The translations under genes were made by a program, and so were the position numbers. Shown here in pieces: positions 11,837 through 22,409 of a stretch of 33,293 bases of DNA (the stretch's first letter is position 1; each line of letters opens with the position of its first letter). Below the pieces are notes generated by a model, which saw only the letters and a program-made list of their open reading frames with translations, had not been told where the DNA came from and searched no databases. This DNA comes from Sphaeroforma arctica JP610 (Eukaryota): positions 1 through 33,293 of the forward strand of contig NW_014039661.1 in the NCBI RefSeq assembly GCF_001186125.1, written 5' to 3'.

Positions 11837-14051
11837 ATGACTAAGAAAGACAATACACCTGCAAAGAAACGCAAGGCCGAACGTAAGAAGATGGAGAGAG
11901 AAGCTGCAAGTGCCGCCGCTGCTGCCGATGCGTTTAACCGCACCGTAGCCGAAGCACTTGTCTCTGGCAATAACAGTCTGGACAATGCTTCGGATAAGGA
12001 TGCAGCCACTCCGATTACGGAGACTACCCTTGCAGAAAGAGCCCGAGGGCCAACTATTGCCTCAACTTAGAAGCTCGCATTTCGGAAGCCAAGAAGTGAG
12101 ACAAGGGACACATCTCAAGACGCCCCATCTAATCCTTCTGATGAAACTCAGAAAGAAAAGTCCCCAATTATAGGGGACAAAGACGAGTCTCAGAAGGTAC
12201 CTACACCGGAACCAGAAGAGGAGGCAAGCTCAAGTGGCAAACCCGAATCTACGTCCGAGACCACTGAGCTAACGAGCATAAGTAGGTTAACAACTGAAAA
12301 CACTGATCTTTAGAATCAGTTAGCCGCTTTTATGAAAGGCTTGTCTGTTGAACATGTAGATCGAATGTATGGAACGGAAAAACAAGCAAAGCGCTTACGC
12401 GAGCATGTTTCTCCAGACACTACTAAAGATCTACAGCAGTGGACGGAACGTCAGCAGTCAATGACGCCCGAAAAGCGTAAGGATTTGATTGCAAAACCTG
12501 TGGCAGTTGACCCAGATGCGCCCAGCATATCTATACCTTACGAGGAACTACCACCCGAAGTCCAGGTATTTTACACTCCTGTTCCTTCGCCCGGCCATGA
12601 GTCACCTGTTATTGAGGGTATTATAGACCCAGAGGCAGGTAAAAGGACTCCACCACCTTTACCCAACTGGGGAGACCGTTCACGTCAGAGACCAGTTAAA
12701 ACTGGGTATGTCATCCAGACGCATGAATCACTCAAGATAATAATACCAACGACTATCCAAGGAACAGTGCACCGAAAGGTCTCTACCATGGACTTTACAC
12801 GGGGCAATAAACCCCCGCGTAAGCGAATTAACGAAGTCAAGTTTAATCGCTTCGATCGAACTGCTTTGCATCAACCCGCAGAGGATTTCCATTCTGATGA
12901 AGTGACGGAACTTAAAAACTCGGTCGACGACTACATGATCAAAATGGACATTGCTCATGACCAGAAGAATGAAGCAGACATAACATATTATGCTAATAGG
13001 ATCGCGAATCAACAGAAGCGCATCGACCAACTACTTCAGGCCCAACGTGGACAAGACCACCGGGATAACCAGAAGTACAAGGGGCAGATCAGTCGACTTA
13101 AGTCGAACTGGGATGCTAGCAGCAAGCAGGTCGAGTTTATTAATAATCACGACCTCGACACGCTAACCCATACGCTAAATGCGCTTACGGTTATGCTGGA
13201 GACGATCGATATCGCTCCCCAGCAGTGGATTTCTGCATGAATGCAGTCATTCGACCCAACAGGAACAAGTTACTTGATCCTGCAGCGCCACCAACACGAG
13301 CTAGACGCCTGTGACGCTGTGTGTTGGTTAGTCACATCCTCATTAAGCAAGGACATGCGCAGTCCAGGACTGAGTTCAATCTTAACTGAACCAGTTGAAA
13401 ATACTCCTATTCAGAGCTACATTCTGGAACTCTATGCTTACCTTAAACGTCCAGATATAACAAAGGACAAGGCTCAGCGATGGTACGAGTTCCTGACAAT
13501 GCATGTTTTCTGTAAGAACATAGGGAACAACGACCGTGAAAATATGAACACCGAGTTGCGACGTAAGTACGCAACTGAGGCTCGAGACATGGGACATGAA
13601 ACAAAGTTTTATCTATCCCGACTTACGTGGGAACAGTTTTACGATACTGTATCCACCCTTTACCCCGCTCACCGAGTAACGAGGAAAGGCGGTAAATAAG
13701 AAATCGCGTGAACTCCCTGATCAAGGATATCTCTCACGACAGACGTCGGATGATATGCCTCATCAGACCCGTCCGAACCAGACACGCACTCGCGACTCTA
13801 CTCAGTCAACACGACCCAATAAGGGGGTACGCGCGGAGACGAAGGACAAGGAACCTTCATATATGGAAGCTAAGAAATGCGCCGACGCGCAGTGTGGGTA
13901 TGACATGTACCAATCAACCCCTAACGGTTATTGGAATGGAAGACATGCACTCAACTGTACACACTTCCTTACGAAGTGTGACAAGTGTGAAAAGACCAAT
14001 GGTTATCATGCCAAGTCTTGTGACAAGAAGCCCGACAGTAAGTTGGAGTGA
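11837..14051 (+). pseudogene. Gypsy gag-like ORF, interrupted
   Basis: Collinear same-frame ORFs 11837, 12332 and 13241 lie between the LTR and the protease. A C-terminal Cys/His cluster (CDKCEKTNGYHAKSC) follows a frameshift. Confidence 0.7.
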
Positions 14052-14139
14052 AAGTGCTACCAGGTACAATCGTTGCAAAGAAAATACAACGACTCCTTAG
14101 ATGAGCGTGTAATAATCTCTGTATATTGCAACTGAAATA

Positions 14140-15890
14140 AAGTCCTTGCATTGATTGATCCTGGTTCAGAAATTTCATGTATATCCGACCGCTTTGCATT
14201 AATGAAAGACATTGAAAGGCGAACTCAAACCACTCACCTTATTTTAGCAGATGATAAACTCCTAAGTGTGATACCACAGATGTTAAAATCTCCCCGGCCG
14301 ATGATAGAAATATCACTACTCAAGCTGTTATCGTTAAGATGTCACAGAAGCATGACATTATAGTCGGAATGAGCGATTTGCTCACGTTAGGGATAACCGT
14401 AACTGGCTTACCTAACAACATAGATCCATTAAAGGATCAATCAGACGATAATCATCTGAAACCATATACACCACCATCGGACACAGTCAAGGAATTAATT
14501 CCTGGCTTTGATAAGATAATGGATCTTATATTAGTAAATAAGAAGATAAAAATAACTGACTGGGCGAAATTCCGCTTTAACGACAGATACGTCAGCCTTG
14601 ACTTAACCAAGGTAGATTTTGCTAAGCTCAAATGCTCTTCAAGAAACTATGTTTCTTGGAGACATGAGGCTGTAGTGAATGAACAAGTTGAGAAATGGAT
14701 AGTCGATGGGGTAATCGAAATCAATTACCAACAAACGCCAGTAAACTTAGCACTACTGGCAGTTGATCAACACAACTTTGACGGAACATTAAAGGAAGTC
14801 AGAGTATGTCTAGACATGAGTCCAATAAATAAATTATTGCCGACTCATAGTTTTTATTTCCCTCGTATAAACGAGTTACTGAAACGAATGGAAGATGCTA
14901 CGGTGTTTACAACCATAGACCTGACACAGAGGTATCATCAACTGCAAATTTATAAACCCCATCGTAAGTACTTCAGTTTAACTTGGAAAGGTAAACCATA
15001 CCGGTTTAGAGGAGCACCTTTCGGGTTACACTCTTTACCAGCATTCTTCCAAAAAGTAATGTAAGAAATGTTTGCAGACATACCTAATGTGCAAGTCTAC
15101 ATAGATGACATAGTCATCATTTCGAAAACTAAGGGCGAACACGCCGCATTAGTCAGAAGAGTCCTTCAGCGACTCAACGAACGAAACTTCAAGATTAACG
15201 AGAAGAATTGTCACTTCGCCATGAGCGAAATACAGCTCTTAGGCTATCGCATATCGGGGGAAGGTATAAAATCGACCTAGGTAAGGTGGAACACCTGTTA
15301 GATTGGCGAACAACAACTACAGAAAGAGATGTAAATAGTGTGTGTGGATATGTAAACTTCTTCTCTGATGGAGTACCACACTTAGCTGATTATCTTAAAC
15401 CCTTTGGACACTTAAGATGTCCAAAAGGTAAACTAGGAGACTTGTGGACCAAAGAGTGTGATGACGCATTTAAGGCGCTCAAGCACACAGTCCAACAAGC
15501 CCCTATAGTACAAAGACCAGTCGATGGCGTGCCGTTTGAAATAGCAACGGATGCACCAGACTTCGCGCTCGGAGGAGTATTGTACCAGGTTATAGATAAT
15601 AAGCCTAGGTATATACAATTCTTTAGCCGAGCAGTGAACGCATCACAGTTAAATTATTCAACTGTGAAGCAAGAGCTACTTGTCACAGTAGCAGCTCTTC
15701 CGTGATTACGTATACGGAACAGCGTTTACGCTAATGTGTGATCAGAAATCCCTTCAGTATATGAAGAAGATGAAGCTAGACTCTCAATTATTGAGCCGAT
15801 GGCATGATACGATATCAAAGTTTCATTTTGACATCAAACATTTACCAGAGATACATAACCACTTACTGGATATGTTATCACGCTTCGTAC
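14140..15890 (+). pseudogene. Gypsy protease, reverse transcriptase and RNase H
   Basis: ALIDPGSEISCIS..HDIIVG (PR). VRVCLD..IDL..YHQ..PFGL..FQKVM*..VYIDD (YIDD at 15098-15109). FEIATDAPDFALGGVLYQ..FFSR..NYS..QELL..CDQKSL..DMLSR (Ty3-type RH). Confidence 0.95.
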
Positions 15891-15928
15891 CGGACTTTAA
15901 TAAACCCGTACGAGAGTTACTAGCCACG

Positions 15929-16333
15929 GACTGGAAATGTAACCCCAGGTGGTTTGAATTGGATCAAAATTAATCTGGGTCACATACCATAGATATGTTT
16001 GCTGCACATCATAATGCACAACTATCGAATTACTGGACTTTAAATCATCCTTTGAGAGACGCCTTTCAAATAGACCTCTCCAAACATAATGCGTGGGCTA
16101 ATCCACCATGGCAGTCAATTGGCCAGCTATTAAATTATGTTCATATACATAAAGCTACCATCACAATGTGTTGCCCATTACGGAGTAAAGATCCATGGCT
16201 CAATAAATTAATAAACATGATACAATGCGAGCCAATATATTTAGATAGGGAAGTAGATACTTTCCTATATCAGGGTACCCGAGACATCCAGAAGACGCCC
16301 TAGAGACATACTATAATATGTCGTATAGGTCCC
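15929..16333 (+). pseudogene. DIRS/phage-Dam-like N6-adenine DNA methyltransferase domain in Gypsy pol
   Basis: DWKCNPRWF..*SGSHTIDMFAAHHNAQLSNYW..DAFQIDL..AWANPPW(16100-16111)..CPLRSKDPWL..; in frame with the RNase H C-terminus; two premature stops (15971, 16301). Confidence 0.88.
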
Positions 16334-16779
16334 ATTGGAACAACCAAATGGACCCCTTCTGAGACCTTCCTTAACAAGGTCAAAGAATCAGAGATTCCAC
16401 TCTCTACCCAATTGAACGTTATGCAGTTCAAAGGCAACACAGCACTTGAAGTTTGTGCACAAGAAAAAAATCTACTAATGACACTACTGTTTAGAAGCGT
16501 CAGTCTCTAGCTAGGACTTTGTTTAATAACATAAAGTCCAAGCCCGAGGTCTTTCAAACCCTATTTCTAAAGGGACTAATGAAAGACAATCCTGAAGCGT
16601 ATACACATATAATGCGACTATTTAATAAGCCAGGTGTATCAAACGCACATGAGCGCACTCATGACACTCATGCGAAAGCAGGACAGGAGTCTGGAAACAC
16701 TACAAACTTAGAGACCACGCAAGTGGATTCTCAACACCCTACCTTTATTCTGGAGGAGCAGAATGATGAAAACATTCTT

Positions 16780-17780
16780 ACTTGGCTGACGCAAAACCAT
16801 AAGCTGAAGCACCAGAACGTAGTAGACGCACTTAAAGATGCAAAGCGAAATGAGATCGCGCACCCTATACTGGCAACTTTAGTTGGCAGAGTATATCAGT
16901 CATGTACAGACTGTGATCTCAATCAGATCAAGCGCCATGGGTTTGCTCCGCTTAAGAGTGTGACTGAAGATGTTACATGGCGAAGGGTCATCATTGATCT
17001 GGTTGACCTGCCTACGTCCGAACACACAGGTGACCGTTACGTATGACACTTCTTTGATGTCGCGTCACGGTATAACTTGCTCTATCCTTTAAAGGACAAG
17101 AGTACGCAGACCGTAGCAGAATTATGTTGCCAAGTCTTTGCTGACCACGGATGGCCAGGTATTATGTGCACTGATAACGGTAGTGTGTTATGCGATGACG
17201 TAATGGAATCGCTAGTACTCATGTCAGGCATATGCCATAAGAGAGGTGTGCCATATAAGCCGCAAACGCAAGACGCGAATGAAACGCGCCATAGAAGACT
17301 TAAGTTCTTCTTGCGTACTGCATTAACAGATGATGCAGATGATTGGCCGTACCACCTTAAGTTGGTACAAACACAGATGAACGAGTGTGCTGATCCGGAT
17401 ACAGGAACTACACTCGCTCACTATTTTCGTGGCAGACATAGTGAGTTACAAATACCCTTTAAAAAGGACGAACCTGATCACCATGAGTTGCCATGGTTAG
17501 AGAAGGTACAACGCATACACAACGTTGTATATCCTTGCTTGCGAGAGACACTTAATGTGGCCTTAATAAAAAGGCAAAATAGATGGAATGCTACCAAGAA
17601 GATAGCAGAGTATCAGGTGGGAGACAGAGTTAACATCCGTCAACGTAATTCCGATGCTACTGTACTAGCATCGAAATGGATAGGACCATATGTAATCTCT
17701 GTAACTGACATCAAAAGTGGAACCTATGAGGTTAATAACCCTGACGGTTCTAGTGCTCTAAATATAGACACTAGTCGAAT
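16780..17780 (+). pseudogene. Gypsy integrase (HHCC, DDE core, C-terminal GD..WIGPY module)
   Basis: NHKLKH..CTDC; RVIIDLVDL..DVASRY; CTDNGS; YKPQTQDANE; YQVGDRV..SKWIGPY. Confidence 0.92.
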
Positions 17781-18330
17781 TCCGATTACTGAGAATATCC
17801 TCGCAAGAAGACATGATTCTACTGCACCCCTTGTCCACTCCGAATTCCAAGATAAAAAACATGGAGAACGGATAAAGGAGGATATACATATTATCGTACA
17901 CGCTTTATATACGGTACAATCGCTGAAATAACTTCAGACGCTTTTGACAATAAGGACTATTTAAAGGCCTTTAACAGAAAATGGCGTAAACGCCTACATA
18001 CGTCACAGGCTGAAAAAGATAGCATGTTTCCATCATCTGAAGGCACCGAAGTTAAAACTTACTAGCCAACAGCATTTATTCCGAGCTCTACTGCTCATCC
18101 TTCGTATGTTCCAAAAACATTGAAGCGTAAGAAACGTCCAGTCGACCACCATGGACCTACTGGACCTAAGTCCAAAACTCACAGGGCAACCGAGAACGCT
18201 TAACTTCTCCGCCTGAGAAACATTAACTATACGTTATGCTACTTAATGATTTCGACCCGTTTTCCTTTCCCCTTTTTTTGACCCGTAATCAGCTTGAGTG
18301 AGCAACTTGCTTTTCTTGGGTCTCAAAGCT

Positions 18331-18340
18331 GGGTGGGGGC
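18331..18340 (+). promoter_or_regulatory. Polypurine tract of the Gypsy element
   Basis: GGGTGGGGGC immediately before the 3' LTR. Confidence 0.75.
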
Positions 18341-18787
18341 TGTGTAAAAGCCGGGCCTCCACATTAGAATCTTGTAATATAAACGTACTCTTAAAAGTAC
18401 GTAAACTTAGTTTTCCTTCAATAGTTTTTAACAGTTTGAATAATTAAATACCTTTTCCATTTTACATATCAGATATTTGGACAAGGCCATTAAAAGCCCC
18501 CAGTAAAATACCAAATATAAGATTTGGACTAGTTCTATTAATAGAACTATATTTACTTTCCAAATCTATTTATATCTGAATACTTCGGTAGCGAGATGGC
18601 TCAACCGAACATATGTTTCTAAGGACTGTTAGCGTTGCTTAGTTTATCCTCCGTTCAGCCAACCAGATGTGCCAGTCTGATGAAGGCTAGTCGGTAATTC
18701 TTGATAAGGGGCAAGTTATTGGTTAATACAATAACTATGGACATCAAGAGTATTTTCCTTAAAGATAGGATTTCATGAGTCTCTCGG
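18341..18787 (+). repeat. Gypsy 3' LTR, truncated by Copia B
   Basis: Direct repeat of the 5' LTR (6 mismatches counted over the ~290-bp central block). Homology ends where the Copia LTR starts. Confidence 0.92.
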
Positions 18788-18988
18788 TTTCGGACCACGC
18801 CAAATTTGTCCTCTGGAATTTTAACACAAACTAGGTTTTTCTTCATGACTCATCACTTTATGGTTCACGGCGATGTGAACTATTCTTCACCCACAATTTT
18901 CACTTAGTCTTCTGAACTACTTATATTGTAGCATAATACCAATAAACAGACTACTCAGTTCTTTTCCCAAAGTTTATACGTTCCAATA
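18788..18988 (+). repeat. Copia B 5' LTR (~201 bp)
   Basis: Shares CCTCTGG..AAACTAGGTTTTTC and the terminal GTTCCAATA with the minus-strand LTRs. Confidence 0.75.
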
Positions 18989-18998
18989 GGTTATGGGC
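18989..18998 (+). promoter_or_regulatory. Primer-binding site, half-tRNAiMet (Drosophila copia) type; contains the gag ATG
   Basis: GGTTATGGGC directly after the LTR end. Confidence 0.8.
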
Positions 18999-20393
18999 TA
19001 TTATAATACGGACGAAGACTTTGTCTTAGAGCGTGAACACCACTCCACCACGCTTCTCATCGACGACGACGATGGATACGCCACTCCGGACCAAGACCGC
19101 CACCCCACCTACCACCATGATTCCACCCCACCCCGTGCCCCTGATACCCCATATCGGCCTCCATTCCCTGAGGCATAACCCCTCGCGCGATCTACTTTCG
19201 TCCCCCTATTTCCCCCCAGTAGTCCCCCTAAGTCCACATCTCACGACATCATGCTCACTACTAAAGATTCTCCACACCGCTGGACTTGGACTATTCTTTC
19301 TGTCTCTGGTAATCCATTCAATACCTGGAAAACAGATATCTACCTTGCTGCTGCCACCGAGTATATTATTGATCTCCGCCCGCTACTTGTTTATGATGAC
19401 CTTGTCCATTCAGAAGCATCTACCAATACCTTTATCGCATCTCACAAGGAATCTGGAACATAGCAACGTGCAACCCAGGTTATACTTCGATCGCTTTCCG
19501 CCGAACTCGGCACTTCCCCCGATAACTCTACGTTTCTGAACCATCCATGGAAACTCTTGGAGACCATCATTAGCCGATTTCAACATAATTCTGCTAAAGA
19601 GCGTAAGAACATCAACCATGCCTATCTTCGCCGGTTTAAACGTCGCAATGACGAAGCCCTCCGTGAATGGGCCTATCGTTGTGAAGTTCTCTTCTGCCAG
19701 GCTGATAAACAGGGCACCCGTTTTTCTACCGAATTTCAACAGAATCTGTCTCTTTCTGACCTACCTGACAGCTACCAGGAACAAGTAAAGGGTTATATAC
19801 TTGGTCTCACCACATCCCGGACCCTAATCACTATCCAACGCTTGTGCCTGTATATTGAGAAATGGGAAATTCTCAACAATATTACCACCCCTCGCGTCAA
19901 TCGCGCCACCACTCCGGCGCCTCTCACATTGAATGGTACCATCGCAGCTAAGTGCCTGGGTGCCCTTACTGCCAACACCACAACACCAGCACCCCGTAAG
20001 TTTCAGTGCTATGTCTGCTGGTCTGACAAACATCATAGCGGTCGCTGTACAGTTGCATGTGGCAAGTGTGGTATTAAGACTCACACTGCACGTGAATGTA
20101 CCACTACACCACTAACTTGTACCAACTGCTCACACTTTAACCACTTGGCACTTGTATGTAGCAAGAGAAGCAATAAAGCAAATTTTCCCTACTCCAACCA
20201 CCCCCAATCTACCTCCCCACATACCACCACCACCGCCCGCATATCTAAGATACATACTATCAAACGATGTACACCCAAGTATCAAGACACATTACCTATC
20301 GATGGCGGAGCAACTGTTAACTACTTAAATGACAAATTAAGCAATCGTGTAACACGTCGAACAAGGTTCATATTATTTATTACTGGCCGATGA
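18993..20393 (+). pseudogene. Copia B gag-protease
   Basis: CYVCWSDKHHSGRC, CGKCGIKTHTAREC and CTNCSHFNHLALVC knuckles; PIDGGATVNY (DGGAT at 20301-20315); stops upstream. Confidence 0.85.
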
Positions 20394-20985
20394 ATCTTCC
20401 ACAATTATTACTAAACGAGGTTCACTCCTCAATTTGGGTATCGCCTACGTCAGCCCCACTCCAATTCAACAACTGGTATCTCAGAACATGATCCCAAGAC
20501 AATGGACACACCCTCGTCTTTCCACAGGATATCAACCAGTGCATCCTTTCTAGAGGCAACCACTCAATCACGATCCGTCGTTCTCGGGGAGGATATCATG
20601 TTACCTTTGATCAACTGGCGGCATTCAACACCCCCCAAGATACCGTCTGCACAATTCGCTCTCCGGCAGCACCAACTACTCCACCGTTGACCACTCCCCA
20701 TGAACGCCCTCCCGCCCCCCCCCCCCCCACCCCAACTACCTTCGATCCCCCCATTCCGATTACACCCGCCGCACCTACCTTCCCACCAGTCCCAACCCCG
20801 TTACGGTGGCGTCCATCGCACCATATTCATTAGTATCTACGACTCCAGCATCCGCTACCACCACCATGACCTATGACGAGTTTCACGCTAACTCTGGTCA
20901 CCTCAGTCGTATGGCCACACTCCGCCTGGCCAAACGTCACAACATTGCCCTCACCTACCCTCCTAAGCCGTCTGTTCAGACTAAT

Positions 20986-21221
20986 GCCTGGCAACTCAAT
21001 CCTACTGAATGGCGGCCTGCGCTTCTAAAAGTGATACACATCTTCGATACTACGCGAGCCCAGACGGTTCCGGCCTCTATACTGATTGGCGTGACATCGA
21101 TTTCCTTTTTGAATCTGCATATACCAATCCTAAGTGGGAGGACCTCTACGAAATTACTCACCATATCACGAAGGTAGGCGCTACAGCCTCTATCGTCGCC
21201 CCTCTCCGACCTTGTGCATAA
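20986..21221 (+). pseudogene. N6-adenine methyltransferase-like domain of Copia B (N-terminal part, internal deletions)
   Basis: AWQLNPTEW / ACASKSDTHLRYYASPDGSGLYTDWRDIDFLFESAYTNPKW(21126-21137)EDLYEITHHITKVGATASIVAPLRPCA; 35/57 identical to Copia A. Confidence 0.8.
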
Positions 21222-21316
21222 TGACACTCTCGTTGCCGATGGAGATTCTGACCTACAAAGTGACATTCTCACCACTCACCTTGCTTCTAAGGGTATTGAA
21301 CTTCGGTTCCCCCCCC

Positions 21317-21391
21317 NNNNNNNNNNNNNNNNNNNNNNNNNNNNNNNNNNNNNNNNNNNNNNNNNNNNNNNNNNNNNNNNNNNNNNNNNNN
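21317..21391. other. Assembly gap
   Basis: Run of N. Confidence 1.
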
Positions 21392-22223
21392 ATAATTAAT
21401 ATCCTACATCTACTAATGTCTCAAATAGGTCCAAGTAGATGAGTCATACCAAATACTCAGGCTATTGGAGCCATCAAAGTGCATTTAGAACACTTTGGAA
21501 ATATTGGAAAAAGAGCTTGTATTAAATTATTTAAAATACAAATAAAAACCAATGTATTATCTCAATTGATCTTGATATTTTAGACTGACCGGAGGCCGTA
21601 TTTCTACAGAGGTTGCCTGGGATTGCAACTCGACTCAATGGCCAGCACAAACCCACTCACCCCTCGGACGCAACCTGCCTGGGCCCACGACAAACCATCA
21701 CTGCGCTTCCCGTACAGTATCTATGTCCACTTAAAGATTGTATACAAAACCACGGACGGGCGTACACCAGACCATGTAGCCCTCCGCCGACGATGTGACG
21801 ACATTAGAAAGAAATTAATAAAACGCTGGTCCAGCAAGGAGATCGCGGCAATGGCCCGGCGTCAATACTACTACCAATTGGTCATGGGCATACCGCCAAC
21901 CTCAGATCGGGACAAAGCCAGACACGACAGCTTCAACCACTGCTTCGAGCCTACACCAATCCGGCTCTGTGCTATGATTGTAACAAAATATGTACATGTT
22001 CACATTGATCGACTACCGCACTGGCGGCTGTCTCTGCCCTGTCTGGCCCTGTGGCCAAAAATTCTATTCTCCATTGTCGACTCACTTGGTCCAAGCTTCA
22101 ACAGGGAATTTACTGACCACTTCTTCCCATCTATCTTCCCCGAACCACTACACCGGCTATGAGAGCCATACCATATGTACAAACATTGTAACTTAACTCT
22201 TTTGAAATATATAATATTATCCC

Positions 22224-22409
22224 TATTGGAACTAGAAAACTGACATCATAATTGATTAAATTTATTATTGAATATATTTGTATATTTGTAGGAAAATAAT
22301 GGGGGTAAAAATTGTGTTCACGATTATTGACCACAATGATTAAGCTCAGTAACCGAAAAACCTAGTTTAGGGTTTAAACCCAGAGGGTCAGGTTTAACCT
22401 GTCCCGATA
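22224..22409 (-). repeat. Isolated Copia LTR (186 bp)
   Basis: Same family as 7983-8168; termini TATCGGGA...TTCCAATA; no PBS and no matching TSD. Confidence 0.8.

Larger units (their letters stand above)
10917..18787 (+). mobile_element. Ty3/Gypsy LTR retrotransposon, near full length but degenerate: LTR-gag-PR-RT-RH-MTase-INT-(chromo?)-PPT-LTR
   Basis: Paired LTRs, a PPT and all pol domains in Gypsy order; multiple stops and frameshifts. Confidence 0.95.
18788..21316 (+). mobile_element. Ty1/Copia copy B, 5' half: LTR-PBS-gag-PR-(HxxxGH)-MTase-integrase fragment; runs into a gap
   Basis: LTR homologous to 7983-8168; PBS; three CCHC knuckles; DGGAT protease motif; FHANSGHLS motif; integrase fragment TLVADGDSDLQSDILTTHL homologous to copy A. 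Confidence 0.88.

Noticed and set aside
15929..16333. Nested DIRS element or bacterial/phage contamination as the source of the MTase
   Set aside because: No tyrosine recombinase or DIRS termini are present; the domain is in frame with Ty3-type RNase H and lies between paired LTRs.
7983..22409. The two 186-bp LTRs as the ends of one giant Copia element
   Set aside because: No PBS follows the 22224-22409 copy, the outer flanks give no TSD, and the intervening gag is on the opposite strand.
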